A stretch of DNA of 63,385 bases, counting the filler, from Chrysochromulina tobinii (lineage: Eukaryota), in the NCBI GenBank assembly GCA_001275005.1. It is 5 parts of 5 records of this genome, joined end to end, with 100 filler letters (N's around TTAATTAATTAA, not from the genome) between each part and the next. Parts side by side here need not be neighbours in the genome. Positions count along the whole stretch, not along the records: positions 37,532 to 57,102 come from JWZX01001306.1; positions 57,203 to 59,875 come from JWZX01001308.1; 3 more parts are not named here. One strand, 5' to 3'. The first letter of the stretch is position 1. Each line of letters starts with the position of its first letter. Of the stretch, positions 49,922-59,975 are shown one piece after another. The translations under genes and the position numbers were made by a program. Below the pieces are notes generated by a model. That model was not told the DNA's origin. It ran no database searches and saw only the letters and a list, made by a program, of their open reading frames with translations.

Positions 49922-51566
49922 TCACCTTCTTTGCAAGCAAGCTTCGATGAGTAGATCAAGCACATCATCCGGAAACTTCATAGTGTACTTGTTCAGCCAC
50001 AGCAGCAGCAAGACGAGCCGCTGGGTGGTATCCTTGAACATCAAATGATCTTTGCGAGACCACTTGACCATATCCCAGACTTTGATCGTCCCATCAGCCG
50101 ATCCGGACACAATCTTGGTCCCTTCCGGGGAAAACGCCACTGACGAGATCCGTTCGCTGTGGGCGTTCTTCTTCTCGCTAATGAGCTCCAGTTTGGCTGC
50201 GAGAGCCAACAGGCGTCAGTTTTGGCCAAGGAGGGGCGATCTTGAGGGCTCCGGCGCACCTGAATCCCAGACTTTGATAGACTTGTCGTCCGATACCGAC
50301 ACAATCTTGGTCCCGTCCGGGGAAAACGCCACCGACAAGACATAGCTGCTATGCGCGTCCGTCTTCTCGCTCACCAGCTCCAGGCCTACCAGACAAGCCA
50401 GCAGGCGTCAGTTTTGGCCAAGGAGGTGCCATTCATTTGATGGCAAAAGCGCACCTGAATCCCAGACTTTGATCGTCCCGTCGTCCGACCCCGACACAAT
50501 CTTGGTCCCGTCCGGGGAAAACGCCACTGAGTTGATGCAGTCGCTGTGGGCGTTCGTCTTATCGATCAACTGCTCCAGCTTACCTGCCAGACAATCCAGC
50601 AGGCGTCAGTTTTGGACAGGAAAGCGCCATTTAAGAGCTCTGGCGCACCAGACTCCCAGACTTTGATCGTCCCATCAGCCGACCCCGACACAATCTTGGC
50701 CCCGTCCGGGGAAAACGCGACCGAGATGATGTCCCCGCTGTGGGCGTTGGTCTTCTCGCTCAACAGCCCCAGTTTCCCTGCCAGACAAGTCAGCAGGCGT
50801 TAGTTTCGGTCAAGGAGGGGTGATTTTGAGGGCTCTGGCGCACCAGACTCCCAGACTTTGATCGTCCGGTCTTCCGATCCCGAGACAATCTTGGTCCCGT
50901 CCGGGGAAAACGCCACCGACCTTATCCATCGGCTGTGGGCGTCGGTCTTCTCGCTCAACAGCTCCAGTTTTGCTGCCAGACAAGCCAGCAGGCGTCAGTT
51001 TTGGCAACGGAGGAGCCATTTGCGTGGCGCACCCGAACCCCAGACTTTGATCGTCTCGTCGTCCGATCCCGACACAATCTTGGTCCCGTCCGGGGAAAAC
51101 GCCACCGAGTTGATGTCCCCGCTGTGGGCGTCCATCTTCTCGATCAACTGCTCCAGCTTGCCTGCCAGACAATCCAACAGGCGTCAGTTTTTGCCAAGGA
51201 GGAGTGATTTTGAAGGCTCTGAGGCACACCCGAATCCCAGACTTTAATCTTGACCTCGCCTTCCTCCTCATCAAAAGTCTCATCAAATTCTTCCCACGAA
51301 GTGACAGCGATGCCGTTGATAGACATAAGTGTGCACCCATTCCCATAGGCATCATTAATCGCAGTCTGGTCTTCCTTGGAGGCAACAAAAGTACGTTCTC
51401 CGACTGGCTGATCTCTCAATTCCCAGACTTTCATCGTCCCATGATCCGATCCCGACACAATCTTCGTGCCATCGGGCGAAAAGACGACCGAGATGATGGC
51501 ATCGCTGATTGTGTCGGTGTGGGCGTTCGTCTTCTCCGCTATACAGTTGATGAGCATCGCGATCAT
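49922..51566 (-). CDS. WD40-repeat protein, copy B (one extra repeat exon 50385-50260; divergent last exon from 50196)
   Basis: Same exon-intron cassette structure as copy A, with an additional 126-nt exon ([29 protein letters not shown]) and a different final repeat (HSERISS..). Confidence 0.85.
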
Positions 51567-52383
51567 CCTGCGGACAAGAGAGAAGAACAGAGGCTCAGGC
51601 AGCGTGTGTATTCGGCAGCATGGAGATATGGGACCACAAGCGACTGCAAGATCGAAGGGCGCTTGAAGGGTCTCGATGCAGACATGCAACAGCCAACAGC
51701 GTGCCGCGAGGATGAGGGGAATCGCGTGAGGAGTGTGGCTCCGAAGCTCATCGCGAACCGGAGAGTCGCATGAGCGGACTCGATCGATTCCGTGTGCGGC
51801 GGTGGGCGAAGGCGGAGCGCATGCTGCGAACGATAACGTCACCGAGGAGGGACAAGGACGCTGCCTGCCAGATCCGCTGCCGTTCAACACAACGCGCATG
51901 CCGACCCCAAAGCACGAGGGCCTCTATCGCTATGGACGGAGGCATGGCCAACACAGCCTAACACCGTGCCTGAGGGAAAAAAGCGTCTGCCGACAAAAGG
52001 GGGATATTCTGCCTCTTCGTCAAGTAAACGCGAACAAATCTCCACAAACCTTAAAAGGCCCACGTTGCAAAACCCCGAAAGACGTGGGACGCATCATGGC
52101 GCTTGTGCGCGTTGCTGCCGGGCTGCCTGGCGTCGTCAGTCGCGCTCGGGTCGTCCCGTTCGAGCTTTGAGGCGACGTCCGTGGTCGATGCCGACCACGG
52201 CGAGAGCGAATCGCGAAGCCGGCGACGCCGAGGCCCGAGTACGGCCTGTGAGGTCGCGTTTTGGTCGCATTTCGGTACTTGGACATGCAGAGTGACCTTG
52301 AATGGCGTGATTCTCTGTGTTGTATGAGTCCATATAGTCCCTAGACTCGATCTATGGCCCTCCAGCTATGTGCTGTCTCGCGA
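50460..52383. repeat. 1.9-kb direct repeat, copy 2
   Basis: See copy 1. Confidence 0.92.
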
Positions 52384-53794
52384 TCTTTGGAGATGTGCAT
52401 CGAAATCCGACTTCGCCTCGAATATCGACCCGTCGTGAACCATTTGACCCTACAGCTCAAGAATTCGAGCTCCAAAACACATTCTCTCGCCTGTTCTCGG
52501 TAGTGTACCATAGAGTGGTGTGCGATCCTAAGATGAAGAGTGGTTGACGTTATGTATGACGCACATTGCAGTACGGAACCTACATTATGCACACAAGTTG
52601 CCCTGTACGACACACGCGAGTATGCTCTATGCACAGTGCTCCCCTACGCTAGAAGAGTGATGCTCTCCGATCATCAGCCCGGTCGGGATATCTCACGAGG
52701 CGACTCCGGCATGCCGTGAGCCGCCCATGCGACGCTATCTGCGCTGTCCTGGAGCCATCTGCTGTCCTGCGCGTCGTGCGCTGCGGGCGGGGCTGCAGCC
52801 ACATCCGGTTCTGTGACGAGCTGATCGCCGACGCGTTGAGCCCACTGCCCCGAGAATGCGGCGCCTCAGCCCACCAGCTGGCTGCGGCGGATGCTCCGTG
52901 CGCGGCAAGCCGCGCAGATGCCTTCGGGTGCGACACCGTTGCCCCTGTGCTGTTCCCAGATGCCGCAGCACCGGGTCACAATGTGAGTATGTGACATCTG
53001 AGTGGCGACAGTGACTTAATGATGGCTTGATTATCTGTGTTGTACATAACTCATAAGTCCATATAGTCCCCGCCCGCCCCGTCCCCCGCCCGTCCCCCTT
53101 GGCAGTCAGTGGTTCATGTTGGGCCGTAATTTCGAAGATTACACTGATGAGTGCGAGCGGACTAGTACTCGGCCGCCTTAATACGCGGCCGCCTACTCGG
53201 AATCTATCCAAAACGGCGGCTGTGAACTGCGCGCTCTACGGCGCGCACGCGCCCTGACTTTCCGGCTCCGAAGGCCGGCCACCCTCGCAGTATTGCTCGC
53301 TGTGGATACCCCCGCGGCACCTGCCTCTTTTTGGCGCTTCGGGGTGGAATGGCAGGCCACACGAGTGCCGATTAGCGATTTGCGCGCGCGCCTAGGCCGC
53401 GCACCTGTCGAAGTGTCGATATGGCGCTTGGCGGGCAAGGGGCATCGCGGGGTCCTGCCTTCGGACCGGCGCTCGAGCCCGACGCGGCGGAGGCCCGACA
53501 TCGCCGGACGCCTGGGGGCGGGCTGCCGCGCTCGTCCTCGAGAGCCGAGCCCGAGGTGCACGGCGAGGACCCAACACCGCGCAGGTGGGAATCGCGCCGG
53601 CGACGCTGTTCGGTTGAGGCCCACACGCCACAGATGACGAATCTCACACAGAAACCGACCCCTACGCTTCGGACTTCTATCGGACGCGGAGATCGTCTCT
53701 CATTGAAAAGCGGACATGGGGTCACGGTCACTGGTGCGCGAGAAGAGACCCCCCGGGGAGGGGAATGCAGATTGGGGTCGGAGCCGTCGTCTCT

Positions 53795-56700
53795 TCACCG
53801 ATGGATGTCGAGCGCTGGGTACATCTTGCGAGCGCCCTTGCTCTTGGGCACGTCCTCCCGCAAGGGCGGCGCGGTCGGCAGGAGCATCTCGCCCCGTATG
53901 AGCAGCTTGGGCGCCGAGACCACCGGTGCGGCGCTGTGCGGGCACGCATGCGGCATGATCAGGAGCTTGCCGCGCCGCGGCGCCGAGCGCGCAAGCACGT
54001 GGCGTTCCCCGGGGGCCACGCCACCTGATGAGGGATGCACTCAAGCAGTCATCAGAGGCCATCGGAGGTAATCAGAGGTCATCAGAGGGCGCTCTTCGGG
54101 GGCCACGCCACCCGCGGCTGCGAGCTTGGCGTCGCCCGGCTTGGCCTCGAGGAGGAGCGTCTCGCCACCGTACTCGCAGTCGGTCAGGTAGAGCAGGAAG
54201 CTGTGCGTCGTGCGCACCCCCTGGGTATTCACACCCCCTTCAACTTGCCGCGGCTGGTCCGGATGGGTATTCACACCACCCTCGGGTATTAACACCCTCG
54301 GCAGGTCCACATGGGCAGGTAGCGAGCCGCCCGGTGACGGGTAGTGGAGGAATCGCATCAGGGGCAGCGTGCCGTAGCGGCGCGGCGCGGCAGAGCACGC
54401 AGGCTGGCCCTCGTAGAGCGCGCACATCGTCGTGGCATCGTCGTCGATGGCGGGCTTGCGGACTGGCACGCTGGGAGCGCTGGACGGTGCCGGTGCCGGT
54501 GCCGGTGCCGGTGCCGGTGCCGGGGATGGTGATGATGCCGGTGCCGGTGATGGTGATGATGCCGGTGCCGGTGATGGTGATGATGCCGATTTCGGTGATG
54601 CCGATGGTGACATTCCTGCCTGCATGCTCGCCACCCGTACTTGGTACTCCGCGCGGGTGCGACAATCGCTCTCGATGAAGCTCGGCAGGTGCCCGCTACG
54701 GCGCTCGCACTCCCGCGCCTCCTCCTCCGCCGCCCATCGGAGCACTTCGGGGCGACCACCGAGAGTGGCGGCGCCCACGACGACGCTCCAATCCCACGGG
54801 CACCCGTTCCGATGGGCCCACCTGAGCAGGGGCAGGTGCCCCGCCCATGCCGCCGCCTGCCCCACCTCCTCGTTCCAAGGCGCCCCTTCGAGACGAAGCT
54901 GCTGCAGCCGGCCGAGCTCTCCATACCTAATGAGGGAGGCAATCAGATGCCATCAGAGGCCATCAGAGGCAATCAGGGCCGTGAGCCAGCCGAGCTCTCC
55001 ATACCTAATGAGGGAGGCAATCAGATTCAATCAGAGGCAATCAGAGGCAATCAGGGCTGTGAGCCGGCCGAGCTCTCCATACTTGGCAGCGAGTCCGCAC
55101 GGTCGGTAGTCTGGCGGGGGTGGCCGACGGGGCGGGGGGTGCCGATGGCGCGGGCGGCTGCGGGTGCTTCAACTCGAGCGCCGTGTCGAGCGCCGTCCGT
55201 GGCATAAATCGAGCGGCGGCCTTGCCAGCCGCAGCGGCGGCAGGACCCGCGACATCATCACTACTGTCGCCATCATCACCACTGCCGCCATCATCACCAC
55301 TGCCGCCACCATCACCACTGCCGCCGCATCCATGGGCTTGCAGCACGTCATGCTGTACGCCGTCGGCGGCTCGCGCGCCGTCGTCGCTCGCTGCTGCCCG
55401 CTCGGGCATCAGGCCAACGGCCACGAGCGCCGTGTCGAGCGCCGCACAGAGCCAGCCGTCCACGTCCGCATAGTAGCTGCGGTCGATGGGCGACGGCTTG
55501 TCCTTTGGGGCGACGGGCAGCGCGCGCCAGAGCTGCACGATCGCATCGAGGCACGCGGGATGCAGCGCCGTCTCGAGCACGAGCGTTCCCGCGCCGGGGT
55601 GCGGCGCGAGCGAAGCAGGCAGGAGGGTCGTCACCGTGGGCACGTGGCCAGTCGGGACCTCGAGCATCTCGCCATCGCTCGCGCCTGGGCGCCGAGTCAC
55701 CGCCTTATGCGCCAGCAACGCCTTCCGCAGCAGCGGCTGCAACTGGGCAAACGACCGATGCTCCGTCGCCTCGCATGCAGCGTGCAGGCTCGCGGCCAGT
55801 TCCGCGTGCCCCGCCGCCGCCGCGGCCGCTGCCGGTAGCCAGCCGCCGTTGGCCGTGAGGGTGGCGCGCGCTCCAAGGGCCAGCAGCTCGCGCGCGGCCT
55901 CGGCATGCCCATGCTCGGCGGCTAGAAAGAGGGCGGTGCGCCCGTATTCGTCTTGCCCATCCAGCCGAGCGGACCGCTTGCCGATGCATTCAAGGATGAG
56001 CCGCAAGTCCCCACGCGCCGCCGCGGCGCGCAGCCGAGCATCGTCCATCGAGCGCGTCGCATCGCCCGCCTGCAGCGACGCGACGAACTCGGCCCATGCC
56101 GCCGCCGCCGCGCCGTCCGGGCGCGTGATCCGCGCGCACACGCGCGCCACGAGCTCGTCGTGCCGTCGTCGAGCGCAGTGTTGGTCGCTGAGGGCGTCCG
56201 AGCTGCTCACCTGTGGGAAAGAGGGCGGGCGCGCCGTGGTGGGCACTTGCATGCAAGGCAGAGGGCAGAGGGCGTCGAGCTGCTCACCAGAGGCGCATTC
56301 TTGCTCGTCTCTCGGGCCTTGGCCAAAAAGTACGCCTTGCCCGCGCGCACGAGGCCCGGGTTGGGGGCCTGCTTGGCGGCAGGCTTGCTGGCGGCGTCGG
56401 CGCCCTCGAGGAGGGAGCAGCCCACCTGATGAGGGAGGCGATCAGCATGCCATCGGAGATGCAATTAAAGGCCATCCGGAGGCTCGATGCTCGAGGAGCA
56501 TGCAGCCCGCCTCGGCATGCGGCCACTCCTGATGAGGGAGGAAATCAGCATGCAGCCCACCTCGGCATGCGGCCAGTACCAAGCCGCGCGCGTCGCCTCG
56601 GGCGGCGCCGGCATCAGGGGCGGACGCGGCGCTGGCGACGCCGCCGTAGTGGGCGCCCACGACGGCGCTGATGACGACGGCGCTGGTGATGACGCAGTCG

Positions 56701-56836
56701 TGGGCGCCCACGACGGCGCCCGTGGGAGTGGGAGTGGGAGTGGGAGTGGGAGTGGGAGGTAGTCCTCGGCGACGTCCCTCTCGAAGCTGAAGGAGACGAG
56801 CCGTTGGGATTCGGAAGGCGCGAGCGGCGTGGCCAC
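53795..56836 (-). CDS. Multi-exon ankyrin-repeat + 2OG-Fe(II) oxygenase (prolyl 4-hydroxylase-like) gene, 5' end cut by contig end
   Basis: GRTALFLAAEHGH ankyrin; AAAWAGHLPLLRWAHRNGCPWDW repeat; LMRFLHY..HVD..FLLYLTDCEYGGET..PHACPH..KLLIRGE. Introns 54025-54111, 54927-55082, 56211-56287, 56426-56560 and one ending at 56837. The frame between about 55083 and 55200 needs one more intron or a frameshift. Confidence 0.7.
54025..54111 (-). other. Exon-echo intron
   Basis: G|GTGGCGTGGCCCCCG...CTGATGACCTCTGATTACCTC...CCCTCATCAG|GTGGCGTGGCCCCCG. Phase 1, frame restored. Confidence 0.8.
54927..55082 (-). other. Exon-echo intron made of two tandem 78-nt units
   Basis: Each unit is GTATGGAGAGCTCGGCYGGCT (copy of next exon) + (TGATTGCCTC)-like repeats + CCTCATTAG. 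Confidence 0.75.
56211..56287 (-). other. Exon-echo intron with a different 3' module
   Basis: GTGAGCAGCTCGACGCCCTC...TGCATGCAAGTGCCCACCACGGCGCGCCCGCCCTCTTTCCCACAG|GTGAGCAGCTCGGACGCCCTC. Phase 0, in frame. Confidence 0.78.
56426..56560 (-). other. Compound exon-echo intron with two CCCTCATCAG modules
   Basis: GAG|GTGGGCTGC...CCTCATCAG, then an internal copy of the junction (TGGCCGCATGCCGAGGCGGGCTGCATGCTCCTCGAG), then CCCTCATCAG|GTGGGCTGCTCCCTCCTCGAG. Phase 0. Confidence 0.72.
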
Positions 56837-57102
56837 CTGATGAGGGAGGCAATCATGGGTCATCAGAGCCGTTGGGATTCGGAAGGCGCGAGCGGCGTGG
56901 CCACCTGATGAGGGAGGCAATCATGGGTCATCAGAGCCGTTGGGATTCGGAAGGCGCCAGCGGCGTGGCCACCTGATGAGGGAGGCAATCATGGGTCATC
57001 AGAGCCGTTGGGATTCGGAAGGCGCGAGCGGCGTAGCCACCTGATGAGGGAGGCAATCATGGGTCATCAGAGCCGTTGGGATTCGGAAGGCGCGAGCGGC
57101 GT
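56798..57102 (-). repeat. 68-bp tandem repeat (about 4.5 units) = 39-nt exon copy + TGATGACCCATGATTGCCTCCCTCATCAG
   Basis: CTG acceptor complements at 56837, 56905, 56973 and 57041 (period 68). The array runs into the contig end. Confidence 0.92.
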
Positions 57103-57202
57103 NNNNNNNNNNNNNNNNNNNNNNNNNNNNNNNNNNNNNNNNNNNNTTAATTAATTAANNNNNNNNNNNNNNNNNNNNNNNNNNNNNNNNNNNNNNNNNN
57201 NN
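57103..57202. other. Artificial contig linker
   Basis: 44 N + TTAATTAATTAA + 44 N. Confidence 0.97.
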
Positions 57203-59875
57203 ACGCGGTCAGGCTCTGGGCATACTCCTCGAACGCCGGCTTCCGAGACACGATAAGACCTGTGCTGGTAGCACCGCTCGGGCACCAAAACACATCCAGT
57301 GCGTCATTGCGGGGCGGGGCGAACGCATCAAAGCCGCAGGTGCCGCACTTATCCCAGCTTGCATCCGTGGGCGTCGACAGGCCCTGCGGATCCTTCCAGA
57401 CGTAGTCTGCCTCGGTTCGATCGGTGTGAAAGTAGACTGGCGTGTTCTGGATGCCTGTACCGAGAGATGCTTGCAAGTAAAGAAGCCTGAGCTGGCTGTT
57501 GATGATGCGCATATCACTGAGCTTCGCCGCGAGCGCCATGTGCGCGCGCTTGTAGCGAGCCAAGTAGGTCACATCGTGGAAATTGGGCACCGCGAACGCG
57601 GTTTCAGCGCATGCGTGGGGATCTCTCACATTCCATTCCCGATGTCCGCAGACCTCGACATACTTGGTCACATTGAACGGCGACTCAAAGAGCCATTGAG
57701 GGTAGTAGTTTGGACCCGAGAGAAAGGTGATCCCCACTGCGAACGGCATGTTCCTCTTTGTGACATCGAGCACGAGCGAGTCGAATGCGGCCCAGTTGAA
57801 CTCGTCTGGCTTCGGCTCGAAGTCCGACCACCTGACAATGAGGTTGACATTGCGCCACAGCGAGCGGTTCTCTGTCTTTACGGTGCCAATAGGGTCCGTA
57901 CCATACACTGAGAGCCCTGTGGCCAACCCATCCAAGGACCACGCACTGGCGTCCGACGAGGAGCTTCCATGGCACAGCGAGCCGCAGCCCTGGCACTCGG
58001 GACGTGAGCCGCAGCCAGTCGTCATGACAAGGCACGACTCTGGATCGCACGTCGAGAGGAGAGCAACCTCCGCTGTGTCTTCCTCGGCGGTGACGGACCT
58101 GACCTCGCCGCACGTCTGCGCTCGTACAGCCGCCTGCTCCTTCGCTATCTCCTCGAGAGCAGCCATATGGAGCTGCTGCAGAGCAGCCAGACCCTGGGTC
58201 GCACCATATGGTGGTAGGAGGGTTGATGATGGCTGCTCCGCAGGAGGTGGCGGCGGAGGTGGGCCACAATTGTACGCGGTTGCCTGCTCCATGAGCTTGG
58301 ATTTGGTCATCGAGTTGAAGATGAGCTCACGAGATTCGCGCGAGAGGAGCTCGTTGGCTGACGAGCTGTCGAAGCTGCTCTCGGCATCCATCGGCCGGAG
58401 CTTCTTGAAGCGCCAGTTCATTCCCTCGTGGGCGGTGGCATTCCACGGTACGGGCACGCCGAGCATGCGGTCGATCAGGCAGAGCGTCTCGCGCATCAAG
58501 CTCAGGTGCCCGATGAGAGCGAGGCCCACGTCTGCAGTGGCATTCGGACAGTTGCGGAAGAGCACCTCGTTCTCTTGCCAGTCAGTATCTTCAAAGTGCG
58601 CGCAGGATTCGAGAGGATGCTCAGAATGAAGCTGCGTATACACATCCTGGATGGGGACTTTTGACCAAGCAAAGTTCAACTTGTAGAAGGCCCTGAGCTG
58701 GAAGCTGTCCATCTTCGGGTCACGGCAGTTCCGGTTATTCACGCACTCTTCGGTGGCAATCGGTGCAAAGGCCGTCTCGTGTGAATGGTTTGTCAGCCAA
58801 GCCGCGCGCGCCATCTCAGGGTTCTTGTCCTTCGCAGCCCATGTGGCGAAATTCACATATGGGCGGGCGACAGTCTTTCCGGCTTCCAGGTCGGCATGGT
58901 CGTGGCCGTGCGCCTCTGGTCCGATCATTTCGTGGAAGAACGAGACGCGATGAGCGAGGGTATCACGCATCATGAAGATGACTTCGATCTTCCTGTCAGC
59001 TAACTCGGACTGACGAATGATGTCCATAAACGAGCGCACCTGCATGTGGCTGTATGCGAGGAGAACATTTCGTCTCACGGCCACCTCAATTTCTGCCGCT
59101 CTGAAGACCGCTTCGTTGAATGCACCCGAGCGTTCAGACCCGGGCACCTTGTACTTTTGTGGGAGCTGCACAAGATAGTCGCTGAGCGTGGTCCCGCCCG
59201 TTTTCGGCACGTGGTGGAAGTAGTAGAGCGGATAATCGGACGGCAGAAACTCGGAGAAATTGGCCAGTGGCGTCTTCGGGCTTCCGATGAAGCGGGACCC
59301 GCCATCCGGGAACTTGTCGCCAATCGTATCTGATTTGACAGTGCTCAAGGACGCATTGCCGAGTGTGTCTGAGGTGACGGTGCTGCTCCTGTATGAGAGC
59401 GGTCCAGCGCCATACTTTGGTGGCCGCAGGGCCGCCTCTGTTGGCTCCTCCAAGCACCCATACTCCTCCGCAAAGGCTTCGAACGTATCCAGAGCGCGAG
59501 CGACGTAGTAGAACTCTCTCGGCTCCCTGGCGAGCATGGCTGCAACAATGTCCTCGTTGACGTTCGCGAGGAGCTTCGACGGCACTGATATCGCACTTTT
59601 GCTATCTGTGGCAGTCTCATACCGCATCCACGGAATCGGCAGCGAGGTCGAGTGCGCAAACACGCACAAGCTCCGGCGTACATTCTGCGCGTCTCCGACG
59701 GGACCCAGATACACGGAGGCAGTGGAGGTGGTGCCGCCCTGATCTACACCGGACGCAATCGCGGACGCGTTGCGAGCTTTCCAGACGTCGTCGATGGGGA
59801 GGTCGCGAAGAGTGGCGTTCAAGCCGTACATGTACTCGAGCTGAGCATCGCGTGGGTACTCGTCGCTCTGCATCC
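57203..59875 (-). CDS. Internal fragment of a large protein with a sulfotransferase domain followed by a glycoside-hydrolase-like (GH42/beta-galactosidase-type TIM barrel) domain
   Basis: YFHHVPKTGGTTL (5'-PSB) and MRDTLAHRVSFF (3'-PB); later VRWSDFEPKPDEFNWAAFDSLV..YPQWLF..VPNFHDVTYLARYK. The frame is open across the whole contig. Confidence 0.75.
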
Positions 59876-59975
59876 NNNNNNNNNNNNNNNNNNNNNNNNN
59901 NNNNNNNNNNNNNNNNNNNTTAATTAATTAANNNNNNNNNNNNNNNNNNNNNNNNNNNNNNNNNNNNNNNNNNNN
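59876..59975. other. Artificial contig linker
   Basis: 44 N + TTAATTAATTAA + 44 N. Confidence 0.97.

Noticed and set aside
56529..56548. CTGATGA...GAAA as a hammerhead ribozyme core, or CTGATGA as snoRNA C/D boxes
   Set aside because: No stem II/III pairing is possible, and the motif is explained as the antisense of the TCATCAG splice acceptor.
56798..57102. CRISPR-like repeat-spacer appearance of the 68-bp array (and of the WD40 cassettes)
   Set aside because: The 'spacers' are the same sequence in every unit and match the adjacent exon. The context is eukaryotic and no cas genes are present.
24910..59975. TTAATTAATTAA motif repeated four times within N runs
   Set aside because: Identical 100-bp artificial linkers with six-frame stops. 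They are not biological, and gene neighbourhoods across them cannot be interpreted.
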